Shown here one piece after another: positions 29,816 through 38,794 of a stretch of DNA of 64,000 nucleotides. A program made the translations under genes and the position numbers. Within the stretch, counting starts at the first letter, position 1. Every line of letters begins with the position of its first letter. Source of the stretch: an uncultured Patescibacteria group bacterium (GTDB lineage Bacteria > Patescibacteriota > Patescibacteriia > UBA2591 > CALHIP01); NCBI GenBank assembly GCA_938030745.1, contig CALHIP010000007.1:13180-77179 (forward strand), given 5' to 3'. The notes under the pieces were generated by a model. That model was given only the letters and a program-made list of their open reading frames with translations, had not been told where the DNA came from and made no database searches.

Positions 29816-30279
29816 ACTTTTTTATAACCAACTGGAATGATTGCTAAAGGTCTTTGAGATTTTTCTAATTTTAAAATTTGAGAGATTTTATCTTCATCAA
29901 AGGCACCAACCCAACAAGTACCAAGACCTAAAGCAGTTGCTGCTAAAAGTAAATTTTCTGTGGCTGCTGCTGCATCCTGGATTGCATACAAATTTCGACC
30001 ACGTTGGCCATATCTTGAAGCAGTTTTTTCAATATCAGCAACGACAACAATAACAACTGGTGCTTCAGAAATAAAATATTGACCTAAAGCTGCTTCAGCA
30101 ATTTCAATTTTTGTTTTTTGATCACGAATTATTAAAAAATTAGTTGGATAGATAGCGCCAGCTGAAGGTGCCATTTTCCCTGCTTCAATAATTTTTTTAA
30201 TGTCTTTATCAGAAACATCTTTTTGTGAATCAAAACTCCGAACCGAATGTCTTTTTTTAATAACTTGCCAAAAATCCAT
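29812..30279 (-). CDS. nitroreductase-family flavoprotein; an internal Met start was chosen
   Basis: Nitroreductase motifs are KKRHSVRSFD...APSAGA...LGLGTCWVG. Confidence 0.7.
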   Translation of the reverse strand: MDFWQVIKKRHSVRSFDSQKDVSDKDIKKIIEAGKMAPSAGAIYPTNFLIIRDQKTKIEIAEAALGQYFISEAPVVIVVVADIEKTASRYGQRGRNLYAIQDAAAATENLLLAATALGLGTCWVGAFDEDKISQILKLEKSQRPLAIIPVGYKKV

Positions 30280-30283
30280 ATTT

Positions 30284-31021
30284 TTAATAGCCAATAGAGA
30301 GTCTTTCAATTAAAAAATTGGGAAAACCTTTCTTTCTCATTTTTTCTTGAGTTCTGTAATAATCATATTCTATCCGATGGTATTCTAAAGTCAAAGCTTC
30401 ATTGTCAAAGATAATAAAACTTGCTTTTGGATTTCGATCACGTGGTTGGCCAACAGAACCAGGATTGATAATATAGAAAGAATCTTTTTCAAACTTTAAA
30501 AATGCTTTATCTGGCGGAAATCTAAATTGATAAATTTTATTTTCTCTTTTTTCAAAAATTGTTGGGATATGTGAATGGCCAACAAATAAAACTTTTTCTT
30601 TAAAAAGAGTAAAATTTTCTTCAGCCTGATAAATTTCTAAAAGATATTCCCAAATCGGATCACGAAGTGAACCATGGGCAAGGATTATCTCTTTTTCTGG
30701 TTTCAAAGTTAAAGGCAGATTGCTTAAAATTTTTTTATTTTCTTGGGAAAGCTCTGAGGCATTAATTTTTACTGCTTGAGCAGCATAAGGATTAAAATCA
30801 AAAATTGAGATTTTTCCAATAACTGCTAAATCATGATTGCCTACTACAGAAATTATTTTTTTCTTTTTTAATAATTCTACACACTCATTTGGGTTTGGTC
30901 CATAACCGACAATATCTCCTAAATGCCAGATTTTTTTGATTCCCCTTTTTTCTAAATTAAAAAGAACTGCTTGAAAAGCCTCTAAATTTGAATGGACATC
31001 AGCTAAAATTCCTATTTTCAT
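30284..31021 (-). CDS. calcineurin-like metallophosphoesterase
   Basis: Motifs are MKIGILADVHSN, GDIVGYGP, VVGNHD and VGHSH. Confidence 0.7.
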   Translation of the reverse strand: MKIGILADVHSNLEAFQAVLFNLEKRGIKKIWHLGDIVGYGPNPNECVELLKKKKIISVVGNHDLAVIGKISIFDFNPYAAQAVKINASELSQENKKILSNLPLTLKPEKEIILAHGSLRDPIWEYLLEIYQAEENFTLFKEKVLFVGHSHIPTIFEKRENKIYQFRFPPDKAFLKFEKDSFYIINPGSVGQPRDRNPKASFIIFDNEALTLEYHRIEYDYYRTQEKMRKKGFPNFLIERLSIGY

Positions 31022-31034
31022 ATCAATTTAACTA

Positions 31035-31053
31035 AATCATTTACAGCGGCCGC
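31035..31053 (-). promoter_or_regulatory. 18-bp element ATCATTTACAGCGGCCGC (copy 1 of 2), 14 nt upstream of the phosphoesterase start codon; it contains the GC palindrome GCGGCCGC
   Basis: An identical 18-mer recurs at 35263-35282 upstream of the MFS start codon. Both copies are in the same orientation relative to the downstream gene. Confidence 0.5.
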
Positions 31054-31070
31054 TTTAAAGAGTTTAGTGG

Positions 31071-31622
31071 TTATTCGGATAATTTTTTTGTGGTAAAAAT
31101 AAAAATTTCTGTTTTTGGATCACGCCAAGCATCAGCTGGTAAACCAGCTTTATAAACACAAAGGCTACTTAAAAATTCTTCTAAATTATAATTGAATTCT
31201 TCTGCTACTTCTGGTAAGAAAACTCCACCTTTAAAACCCTTTTTGATAATTACCCCATGTTTTCCCAACTCTATTTCTTTAGATGGATCTTTTATTTTTC
31301 TCAATGGTGAAATAATTGAAATTTCAATCTTAATTTCTTTTAATTCTTCTAAACTTAAAGGAAAAAAACGAGTATCTTCAAAAGCAGCAGCAATAGCCAT
31401 TTTTGCTACTGCTTCAGCTAATGGATATCTTGGTTCTAAATGACCAATACAACCACGAAGATTACTATCCTTTTTTAAAGTCACAAAAACTGCCATTTTT
31501 TCTTTTAATTTCTCTGGTACTTCAAATTTTGGAATTTCTTTATTTTTTAAATAAAATTCTATTGAATCTCGAGCAATTTTTAATAATAATTTTTTTTCTT
31601 CTTCTTTAAATTCATTTTTCAT
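31071..31622 (-). CDS. AMMECR1-domain protein (AmmeMemoRadiSam system component A-like)
   Basis: The signature is LRGCIGHLEPRYPLAEAVAKMAIAAAFEDTRF. Confidence 0.8.
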   Translation of the reverse strand: MKNEFKEEEKKLLLKIARDSIEFYLKNKEIPKFEVPEKLKEKMAVFVTLKKDSNLRGCIGHLEPRYPLAEAVAKMAIAAAFEDTRFFPLSLEELKEIKIEISIISPLRKIKDPSKEIELGKHGVIIKKGFKGGVFLPEVAEEFNYNLEEFLSSLCVYKAGLPADAWRDPKTEIFIFTTKKLSE

Positions 31623-31631
31623 ACAATTAAA

Positions 31632-32528
31632 TTAATCAGCAAAACGATAAAGACCAAATTTTTTAGCTAAATTAATTGCTTCTTGATATTCTTGATCAGT
31701 AATTGTTCGAGAAAGTTCTTGATAATTAAATGCTTTATAACAAGGCCGATATTGATCCATAATATTTAAGAAAGTATCTTTTGAAATTTCTTCAGCTAAA
31801 AATTTCATAATTTTTTCTGTTCCAGCTAAATTATTTGGTAAAACAAGATGTCGGACAATTAGTCCTTTTTTTGCAATTCCATTTTCAATAATCAAATTAT
31901 TCACTTGGCGATGCATCTCCTTTAATGCTTCTTTTAAAATCTTAAAATAATTTGGCGCTGATGAATATTTTAAAGCTATTTCATCATCACTATATTTTGC
32001 ATCAGGCATATAAATATCAATTATTCCATCTAAAATTTTTAAAGTTTCAACAGAATCATAACCATTTGAATTATAAACTAAGGGAATTTTTAATCCTTTC
32101 TCAATAGCTATTTCTAACCCTTCTAAAATTTGAGGTACTTGAGATGTTGGTGTGACCAAATTAATATTATGACAACCGATTTTTTGTAAATAAATCATCA
32201 TTTCAGCCAATTGATAAGGAGAAACTTCCTCACCATAATCTAATTGAGAAATCTCATAATTTTGACAAAAAACACAAGCCAAATTACAGGAAGTGAAAAA
32301 AATTGTTCCAGAACCATAATTACCAACTAAACATTTTTCTTCACCAAAATGAGGATGAAAAGAAGAGACTTTTGCTTTCCTTCCTAAACGGCAGAACCCT
32401 TTTTCATTTTTTAATCGATTAACATTACATTTTCTCGGACAAACATGACATGGATTTAAAAAAGAAATTGCTTTTTTTATTCTTTTTTTTAATTCTTCTT
32501 TTGAAAGATTAAGATAAGAAGGAAACAT
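31632..32528 (-). CDS. radical SAM enzyme partnered with AMMECR1 (PflA/PflX-like, AmmeMemoRadiSam-type)
   Basis: An N-terminal Cys-rich segment is CHVCPRKCNVN...GFCRLG. The radical SAM cluster is TSCNLACVFCQN (CxxxCxxC). Confidence 0.8.
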   Translation of the reverse strand: MFPSYLNLSKEELKKRIKKAISFLNPCHVCPRKCNVNRLKNEKGFCRLGRKAKVSSFHPHFGEEKCLVGNYGSGTIFFTSCNLACVFCQNYEISQLDYGEEVSPYQLAEMMIYLQKIGCHNINLVTPTSQVPQILEGLEIAIEKGLKIPLVYNSNGYDSVETLKILDGIIDIYMPDAKYSDDEIALKYSSAPNYFKILKEALKEMHRQVNNLIIENGIAKKGLIVRHLVLPNNLAGTEKIMKFLAEEISKDTFLNIMDQYRPCYKAFNYQELSRTITDQEYQEAINLAKKFGLYRFAD

Positions 32529-32530
32529 GT

Positions 32531-32998
32531 TTATAAATAACGATATTTATTTATCTGGTAAATAGCAATGCCAGCAGCAACAGCAACATTTAATGATTCT
32601 TTTTGGCCATACATAGGTAAATAAATAATTTTTTCAGCTCTTTTCAATAAAGATTTTGAAACTCCTTTTATTTCATTACCAACAATTAAAAGCAATGGAA
32701 ATTTTGGTCTGAATTTAGTATATAAAATGCTTTTTTTTGTTTGTTCTAAAGCAACAATATAAAAACCTTCTTTTTTAAGTTTATCAACTATTCGCCAAGG
32801 TTGCCAATGGTGTTCCCAAAAAACAGTTTTTTCTGCTCCTAAAGATACTTTTTTCATTTTCTCTGAATCTGGAGTTCCAGTGATTCCACCTAAAATGATT
32901 TTATCAATACCAGCTGCATCAGCAGTACGGAAAATTGCACCAACATTAAAAAGAGAGCGGATATTATCTAATAAAAGATAAAATTTTTTAGATCTCAT
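32531..32998 (-). CDS. SPOUT-superfamily (SpoU/TrmH-like) RNA 2'-O-methyltransferase, small form
   Basis: Motifs are NIRSLFNVGAIFRTADAAGIDKIIL and LLIVGNEIKGVSK...LPMYG...SLNVAVAAGIAIY. Confidence 0.7.
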   Translation of the reverse strand: MRSKKFYLLLDNIRSLFNVGAIFRTADAAGIDKIILGGITGTPDSEKMKKVSLGAEKTVFWEHHWQPWRIVDKLKKEGFYIVALEQTKKSILYTKFRPKFPLLLIVGNEIKGVSKSLLKRAEKIIYLPMYGQKESLNVAVAAGIAIYQINKYRYL

Positions 32999-33008
32999 TC
33001 TCTCAATT

Positions 33009-34073
33009 TTATTTTAAAATAGATTTTAAAGCTTGAGATTTTTCTGAAGAATTTAATTTTGCTTTACGAATTGCTTTCTCTAAAATAAAAATTGATAAAT
33101 CATATTGTTTTTTATTGATTGGATAAGGTGTACCATCTTTACCACCGTGAGCAAAAGAATATCTGACTGGGTCATGAAAACTCGGTTTAGCTCCATAAAT
33201 TAATTCGGAGATTAAAGCTAAAGCTCTTAAAGTTTTTGGCCCAACTCCTTCATAAGAAACTAATTCCTCATAACTTTTTGGATTTTTCTCATGAGCAGTA
33301 AATAAAATTTTTTGAATTCTTTTCTCAGTATCTGGTTTTAATGGAATCCAATGATATCGAGGCATATTTAAAATTCTAATTTTTTTAAAATCTTTAAGAA
33401 GAGTTTGAAAAGGACCTCGAACAATTTCTGTTGAAACTTCTCTTGTTTTTTTACTTTCTAAAGCAACTAAATTTAAAACTTTACCTTTCCAATCGCAACA
33501 GATAGCTGAATGTGGTTCTTCAACAAAATTTTTTAATTTTTCAGATAGCCAATGATAACGTCTAGCCATTTGAATTTCTGTATTCATCCCTTGCTGAATC
33601 ACTGTCCAATTACCATTTTTTGTGAAAATAAAAGTATGATGATAAATTTGAAAACCATCCTGTAAGCAAGAATTATCAACTTTAGCTACCATTTTACTAG
33701 CATAAATAAGTTTTGGTGTAAAATCTAATGAAAATTTTTGGCCATATTCTTCAATTTCAATTGGTGCTTTTCTTGAAGTTTTTCCTTTACCACCAACAAC
33801 AAAAAGCCCTAAAGATTTTTCTGTTCCTTTCAAAGCTTCTTTAATTGCTCCACAGACAGTAGTACTTAAACCAGAAGAATGCCAATCAAAACCTAAGACA
33901 CAGCCAAAAGATTGAAACCAATAAGGATCGGAAAGCCGACGTAAAACCTCCTCTTGAGAAAATTCATAAACCATTGCTTCGATAATTGCTCGAGCCAATC
34001 TTTTCATTCTTCTGAAAAGCCAAGCTGGTATTGTTCCCCAATGGAGAGGTAAATTAGCGATTCCTGTTCTCAT
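33009..34073 (-). CDS. conserved hypothetical protein with a C-terminal helix-hairpin-helix-like motif, possibly of the DUF763 type; it is not MEMO1
   Basis: A HhH-like motif is YEGVGPKTLRALALISE. No MEMO1 HAG/HS motifs are present. The family assignment is unverified. Confidence 0.45.
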   Translation of the reverse strand: MRTGIANLPLHWGTIPAWLFRRMKRLARAIIEAMVYEFSQEEVLRRLSDPYWFQSFGCVLGFDWHSSGLSTTVCGAIKEALKGTEKSLGLFVVGGKGKTSRKAPIEIEEYGQKFSLDFTPKLIYASKMVAKVDNSCLQDGFQIYHHTFIFTKNGNWTVIQQGMNTEIQMARRYHWLSEKLKNFVEEPHSAICCDWKGKVLNLVALESKKTREVSTEIVRGPFQTLLKDFKKIRILNMPRYHWIPLKPDTEKRIQKILFTAHEKNPKSYEELVSYEGVGPKTLRALALISELIYGAKPSFHDPVRYSFAHGGKDGTPYPINKKQYDLSIFILEKAIRKAKLNSSEKSQALKSILK

Positions 34074-34079
34074 ATTTTA

Positions 34080-35252
34080 TTATTTTACCATTTTCTTCTC
34101 AGTAGTAAAAAGCATTAATAAAATTGCTAGAATTGAAGTAAAAAAAGCAAAAAGAAAAACAGTTCTTGGACCGAAAAATTGCCAGAAGAAGCCAGCTAAA
34201 GATGAGGCAGCTAAAAATACTAAACCAGAAATCATTTGGAAAAATCCTAAAGTTTGACCTTTAAATAAAGGATGAGAAAATTCAGAAATGAAAGCAATTT
34301 GACTCGGCCTTAATGTTGCTTTGGCAAAACCAAATAAAACTAAAAGAGGAATAATTAAAGAATTTTTAAAACCAAAAACAAAACCTAAAACTGAAAGACT
34401 CCAAAAAAGATAAGCTAAAATAATTATCTTTTTTTTACCAATTTTATCAGCCAAACGAGAGATAGGATAAGCCATCAACATCATACTCATTGTCATGATT
34501 AAATAAAGAATTGGTATTGAAGTAACTGACCAGCCATTTTCTCTGGCATAGATAAGTAAAAATGAATAACTAAAAAATCCTAAAGCAAACAAAAGATTGG
34601 CAAAAAAGAAAATTTTTAAAGAGGGATGAAATTTACCAGGTGAAAATTTTAAAAAGGAGGGTTGAACTGGTAAAGCTCTTTCTTTGACCAAAGTGAAAAT
34701 TAAATAGGCACCAATTAAAGAAGGTAAGCCAGCAATAAAAAACATTTCCCGCGGCTTAAGGAATCTAATTAAAATAATGGCTGAAATAATTCCGAAAACT
34801 GCACCTAAATGATCCATTGCATCTAAAAAACCAATCGTTTGGGTTTTAAAACGATGATCAGCTATATCTAAAGCTAAAATATCTCTTGGTGTTTCACGAA
34901 TCTTACCAGCTCGATCTAAAATTTTAAAAGGAAAAAGTAGCCCCCAAAAATAAGTGATGGAATAGCCTAAACGAGCTAATCCACTTATTAAATAACCAAG
35001 CCAGATAAATGGTTTTCTTTTACCTAATTTATCAGAGAGCCAACCAGCAAAAGTTTGAGAAAAAGAAACAACTGCTTCACCGATTCCGTCAATTAGACCT
35101 AAAACACTCATTGGTGCTTTTAAAATCTCTCTGACAAAAACTGGCCAGATTGAATGACCAATTTCTGCTCCCAAATCGTTTAAAAAAGAAGTCGAGCCAA
35201 ATACAAGAATTGTTTTCTTTCTTCGATTATTAAAATCTTTTATTTTTTCCAT
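34080..35252 (-). CDS. MFS-family transporter
   Basis: There are about 12 predicted hydrophobic helices. An MFS loop motif (GWLSDKLGKRKP) is present. Confidence 0.8.
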   Translation of the reverse strand: MEKIKDFNNRRKKTILVFGSTSFLNDLGAEIGHSIWPVFVREILKAPMSVLGLIDGIGEAVVSFSQTFAGWLSDKLGKRKPFIWLGYLISGLARLGYSITYFWGLLFPFKILDRAGKIRETPRDILALDIADHRFKTQTIGFLDAMDHLGAVFGIISAIILIRFLKPREMFFIAGLPSLIGAYLIFTLVKERALPVQPSFLKFSPGKFHPSLKIFFFANLLFALGFFSYSFLLIYARENGWSVTSIPILYLIMTMSMMLMAYPISRLADKIGKKKIIILAYLFWSLSVLGFVFGFKNSLIIPLLVLFGFAKATLRPSQIAFISEFSHPLFKGQTLGFFQMISGLVFLAASSLAGFFWQFFGPRTVFLFAFFTSILAILLMLFTTEKKMVK

Positions 35253-35262
35253 AATCTTTCCT

Positions 35263-35282
35263 ATATCATTTACAGCGGCCGC
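35263..35282 (-). promoter_or_regulatory. copy 2 of the ATCATTTACAGCGGCCGC element, 13 nt upstream of the MFS start codon and just downstream of the rtcA stop
   Basis: The 18-mer is identical to copy 1 at 31035-31053. Confidence 0.5.
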
Positions 35283-35311
35283 GTGAAATCGTATAGTAAA
35301 GGAATTTAGAT

Positions 35312-36322
35312 TTATTCTTTAAAAATTTTATTTTTTTCTTTATCTATTTTAATTTTAATATCTAAAAATTTCTCTAAAAGCCAAATATGAGTTAAAAGAT
35401 GATTAGTAATTTTTGAAACAGTAAAAGCAAATGGTTTTTTACTAATAGCTAAATAAAGGACAATTTGGTCAGCTAAATAAGGATCGATTACTTTTTCTGA
35501 TTGATAATAATCAGAAAATTGTTGAGCTACTTCTTGACCTACTTTCTCAGCTGGCTTACCTTTTTCACCTAAAGAGGAAAAACCAGCTAAGATATTTTCA
35601 AATTTTACTTTCAAAAAAACAAAAGTTCCAGCTGATAATGCTTCTACCCTTTCTGCTAATATATTTATTCCTGAAAAATTTTTAAGAAAAGATTGAAGAG
35701 CATTTTTCTGACGTTCGGCAATAGAAAAAGGTAAATTTGCGACAACTGATAAACCAGAAATTTCTTCTATTTTTCCTCTTTCTAAAAAATCACTTGCCAC
35801 TAATTTCTGTATTGGCTGAACAAACAATCTTATTCTTCCTCCTCCTTTTGGATAAAAACCATATTTTTCTAATTTTGCTTCTGCTTTTATTCCTAATTTT
35901 TCTATCATTGGTAAAAAAACTTCGGAAAAATAATGAAAAGGCGGAGCCAACGGATTATGAGTTCCACCAACAATTAAAACTTCAGAAGGATGTTTTGAAA
36001 AAGAAAGAGGTAATAAAATAGTCTGAGCTACTAATGTTGTTGAACCAGCTGTACCAATATCAAATTCAAATCTACCAAATTTTATTTTTTTTGGTTCAAA
36101 TCTTAAAATTTTTGAGCCAATTTTTGCACCAGAAACTTTTGCCTGAGAAATTTCCTCAGCTGCTTTAACAGCAACTAAATGTTGAGCCTGAAGTCCTGGC
36201 TTTTTTCTTTTTGCCCGAATATTGAAAATTTCAATTGCTTGAGCAGCTAAAACTGATAAAGAAAGAGAAGTTCTTAAAATTTGCCCACCACCCTCACCAT
36301 AACTTCCATCTATTCTTAACAT
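35312..36322 (-). CDS. rtcA: RNA 3'-terminal phosphate cyclase
   Basis: The N-terminus is MLRIDGSYGEGGGQILRTSLSLS. It has the size expected of RtcA. Confidence 0.8.
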   Translation of the reverse strand: MLRIDGSYGEGGGQILRTSLSLSVLAAQAIEIFNIRAKRKKPGLQAQHLVAVKAAEEISQAKVSGAKIGSKILRFEPKKIKFGRFEFDIGTAGSTTLVAQTILLPLSFSKHPSEVLIVGGTHNPLAPPFHYFSEVFLPMIEKLGIKAEAKLEKYGFYPKGGGRIRLFVQPIQKLVASDFLERGKIEEISGLSVVANLPFSIAERQKNALQSFLKNFSGINILAERVEALSAGTFVFLKVKFENILAGFSSLGEKGKPAEKVGQEVAQQFSDYYQSEKVIDPYLADQIVLYLAISKKPFAFTVSKITNHLLTHIWLLEKFLDIKIKIDKEKNKIFKE

Positions 36323-36347
36323 AAAAATTGAAAATGGTTATTGAAAA

Positions 36348-37853
36348 TTAGAAATTTTTTGTTTTATTCTTTCTGCCTCTTTTAATAACTCTCACCATCC
36401 CTTTATTAGCGTCAACCTCAACAAAATCCCCATCTTTTAAAACCTTAGTAGCAATTTTGGTTCCAATGATACAAGGAATGCCGAGTTCACGGGAAACAAT
36501 CGCTGCATGACAGGTTATTCCGCCTTCATCAGTGACAATAGCAATACATTTTTTAAGAGCTGGAGCAAAATCGGGCGTTGTCATTGGAGTAACTAAAATT
36601 TCTCCTCTTTTTATATTTTTAATTTCTTCTTTAGTTTTTATGACTTTTACTCTACCAGAAATTTTTCCTGCCGAAGCAACTACTCCTTTGATTACCTTTT
36701 CTACTTGAGAAGACTTCTCTTCCAAGACTAAATAAGGATTCATTTCTTTTCCGAGATAAATTTTAGATTTTCCATTTTTGATATCAAAAACACAAAGTTT
36801 AGTTCTCGCTTTTAATATTTTTAATATTTTTTTATCAACTTTTTTTTCCTGCCAGATTTCCTTCATTTCATGAGGAAGAATATATCGGACTAATTGAAAA
36901 TGAATTTTTAGTCTCTTTGCCATTTCTTTGATTAAGATTTCTGTTTTAAAATTAAAATAAGAATTATAATATTTTCTTATATCTTGAAGAATAGCAGCAT
37001 CTTGTAAGGCAAAAATGATAGACTTTTCTTTTTGAGTAAGTTTAAGATTTTTCATTAAATTCTTTTGATCAATTTTTAGTTTTTTATAAAAATTATTTTT
37101 CTCCTTTATCTCTTCTTTTAAATTAACTTTTTTAGATATTTTTTTTATTTCTCTTAAATAGTCTTTTTCTTTTTTAACCTTCGGTCCCCGATAGTCATAA
37201 ATCATAAAACCAAATTTATTAACTAGATTTCTTATTTTTATTTTTATCTTTGAAAAAGGAATATTTTTAATTTTTTGAGCTAATTTTAATATCTCAATTT
37301 CTTCCTGAAGAATAAAAGATGGTTTAGAAGGGGTAATGAGGATGTTTAGAATTTTATTGTATTCCCGCCTGTTAATTTTTCTCTGTTGTAAAATTTTTTT
37401 CACCTCTCGAAAAATGGCCTTTTCTCCCCACAGCCAGATAGGAAAAGAAAAAAAACAAAAAAGACGGTAGTCTTCTACTAACAGGGAATAAATTTTGAAT
37501 ATTTTTTTATCAGAAAATTTACTTAATTTTTTTCCTTCTAGTATTTTTAAATCTCTTACCATCTTTTTAGCATATTTTTTCGTTTTTGAAATTAGATAAG
37601 AAGTAAATCGAAAATTCTTTGAGATTTTCTTTAAAATCGCTCGACCAAAATTGTTTAAATGGCGAAAACGAACAGAGGCACTAGCCCAATCGCCTCTTAA
37701 AATATTAATTTGTTCTATTGGAGGAGCACCATAAATTTTAGTCATTTGTGGGGTAGAGGAATAATAATATATTAAATCTAAAATAAAAGGGTGAACCTTA
37801 CTGGCCCTTTTTCTAAATTGATACCAGTTTTGAGGATTTATTTTTTTTATCAT
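36348..37853 (-). CDS. protein with a C-terminal PEP-utilizing-enzyme mobile (phosphohistidine) domain and an uncharacterized 400-aa N-terminal region
   Basis: The C-terminal segment VTPMTTPDFAPALKKCIAIVTDEGGITCHAAIVSRELGIPCIIG is the swivel phosphohistidine domain of PEP synthase / PPDK-like enzymes. Confidence 0.6.
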   Translation of the reverse strand: MIKKINPQNWYQFRKRASKVHPFILDLIYYYSSTPQMTKIYGAPPIEQINILRGDWASASVRFRHLNNFGRAILKKISKNFRFTSYLISKTKKYAKKMVRDLKILEGKKLSKFSDKKIFKIYSLLVEDYRLFCFFSFPIWLWGEKAIFREVKKILQQRKINRREYNKILNILITPSKPSFILQEEIEILKLAQKIKNIPFSKIKIKIRNLVNKFGFMIYDYRGPKVKKEKDYLREIKKISKKVNLKEEIKEKNNFYKKLKIDQKNLMKNLKLTQKEKSIIFALQDAAILQDIRKYYNSYFNFKTEILIKEMAKRLKIHFQLVRYILPHEMKEIWQEKKVDKKILKILKARTKLCVFDIKNGKSKIYLGKEMNPYLVLEEKSSQVEKVIKGVVASAGKISGRVKVIKTKEEIKNIKRGEILVTPMTTPDFAPALKKCIAIVTDEGGITCHAAIVSRELGIPCIIGTKIATKVLKDGDFVEVDANKGMVRVIKRGRKNKTKNF

Positions 37854-37879
37854 GAAAATACGAAATAAATGTCAGATTT

Positions 37880-38776
37880 TTATTCAGCAATTTTTTTCTC
37901 AAATTCTTCGCCTTCTTTTATTAATTCATCGATCAATTCTGGTGTTATCTTTATTGTCTCCTCTTTCCCTTCTTCTGAAGAATAATGAATTAAAATTTCT
38001 TTTCCACCTAAAATTTCTAAAGAAAAACCTTCTGTTTCTTTAAAACCACCTTTATATTTTTCTACCCATTTTTCTAAACTCTCTTTTCCTTTAACTTTTT
38101 CAATGACTTTAGCCAAAAAAGATTCACCAATACTTTGATGAGTTACTAAATATCTTTCTAATTGGTTACCATAAGGAGCATATTTTTCTGGATTTTTTTC
38201 AACAATATTTTCAAAAACAGTACCAACAGTTAAATACTTTTTAATAATTTTAGCCACATTAGTAGCAGCGCGTGTCCAACAAGTGGAATTTTTGTCTTTT
38301 TTTTCTAAAATTAATTTGTCACTCTCTTCAACCAAAAATTTAACTACCTCTTTTCTTTTTACTGCATTAGTCAATTCTTCATAAGGAACAAAATCCAATC
38401 CTTTTTCTTCAATAAATTTTTTAACCCTTCCTGGTCCAAGTTTATATTCTTTATCAAGTTCTTCTTGAATTTTCTCTTGAATTTCTTCAAAACTTGCTTC
38501 CGGTGTGAAATATTTATAGAACAAAGCTTCTAATCCTGTTTGTAAAGTTCTTTTTCTTGGACTGCCAACAACTAATCCTACTTCTGGTTGTAGGTTAATT
38601 TCTTCACCTTTTTTGCGGGCTTGAGTTCTACCTACTTCTGATAATAGAACTTCATAATCAGACTGACCAGGTAGTTTCTCTGCCTTTTCTCCATGGCGAA
38701 GAACATGAAGAATTACTTTACTTTTGGATTCTTTAATTTCTTTTGATTCAAAAAATTTTTCACCTTCTTTATTCAT
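37880..38776 (-). CDS. histidine-phosphatase-superfamily protein (phosphoglycerate-mutase-like branch) with a long C-terminal extension
   Basis: The catalytic RHG motif (LHVLRHGEKAE) lies near the N-terminus. Confidence 0.55.
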   Translation of the reverse strand: MNKEGEKFFESKEIKESKSKVILHVLRHGEKAEKLPGQSDYEVLLSEVGRTQARKKGEEINLQPEVGLVVGSPRKRTLQTGLEALFYKYFTPEASFEEIQEKIQEELDKEYKLGPGRVKKFIEEKGLDFVPYEELTNAVKRKEVVKFLVEESDKLILEKKDKNSTCWTRAATNVAKIIKKYLTVGTVFENIVEKNPEKYAPYGNQLERYLVTHQSIGESFLAKVIEKVKGKESLEKWVEKYKGGFKETEGFSLEILGGKEILIHYSSEEGKEETIKITPELIDELIKEGEEFEKKIAE

Positions 38777-38794
38777 AATATTTTAAAGAATTAG

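Noticed and set aside
33009-34073. A MEMO1 assignment for the 354-aa protein downstream of the AMMECR1/radical-SAM pair
   Set aside because: The MEMO1 signature histidine motifs are absent. Instead the protein ends in an HhH-like motif. It is left as a hypothetical protein.
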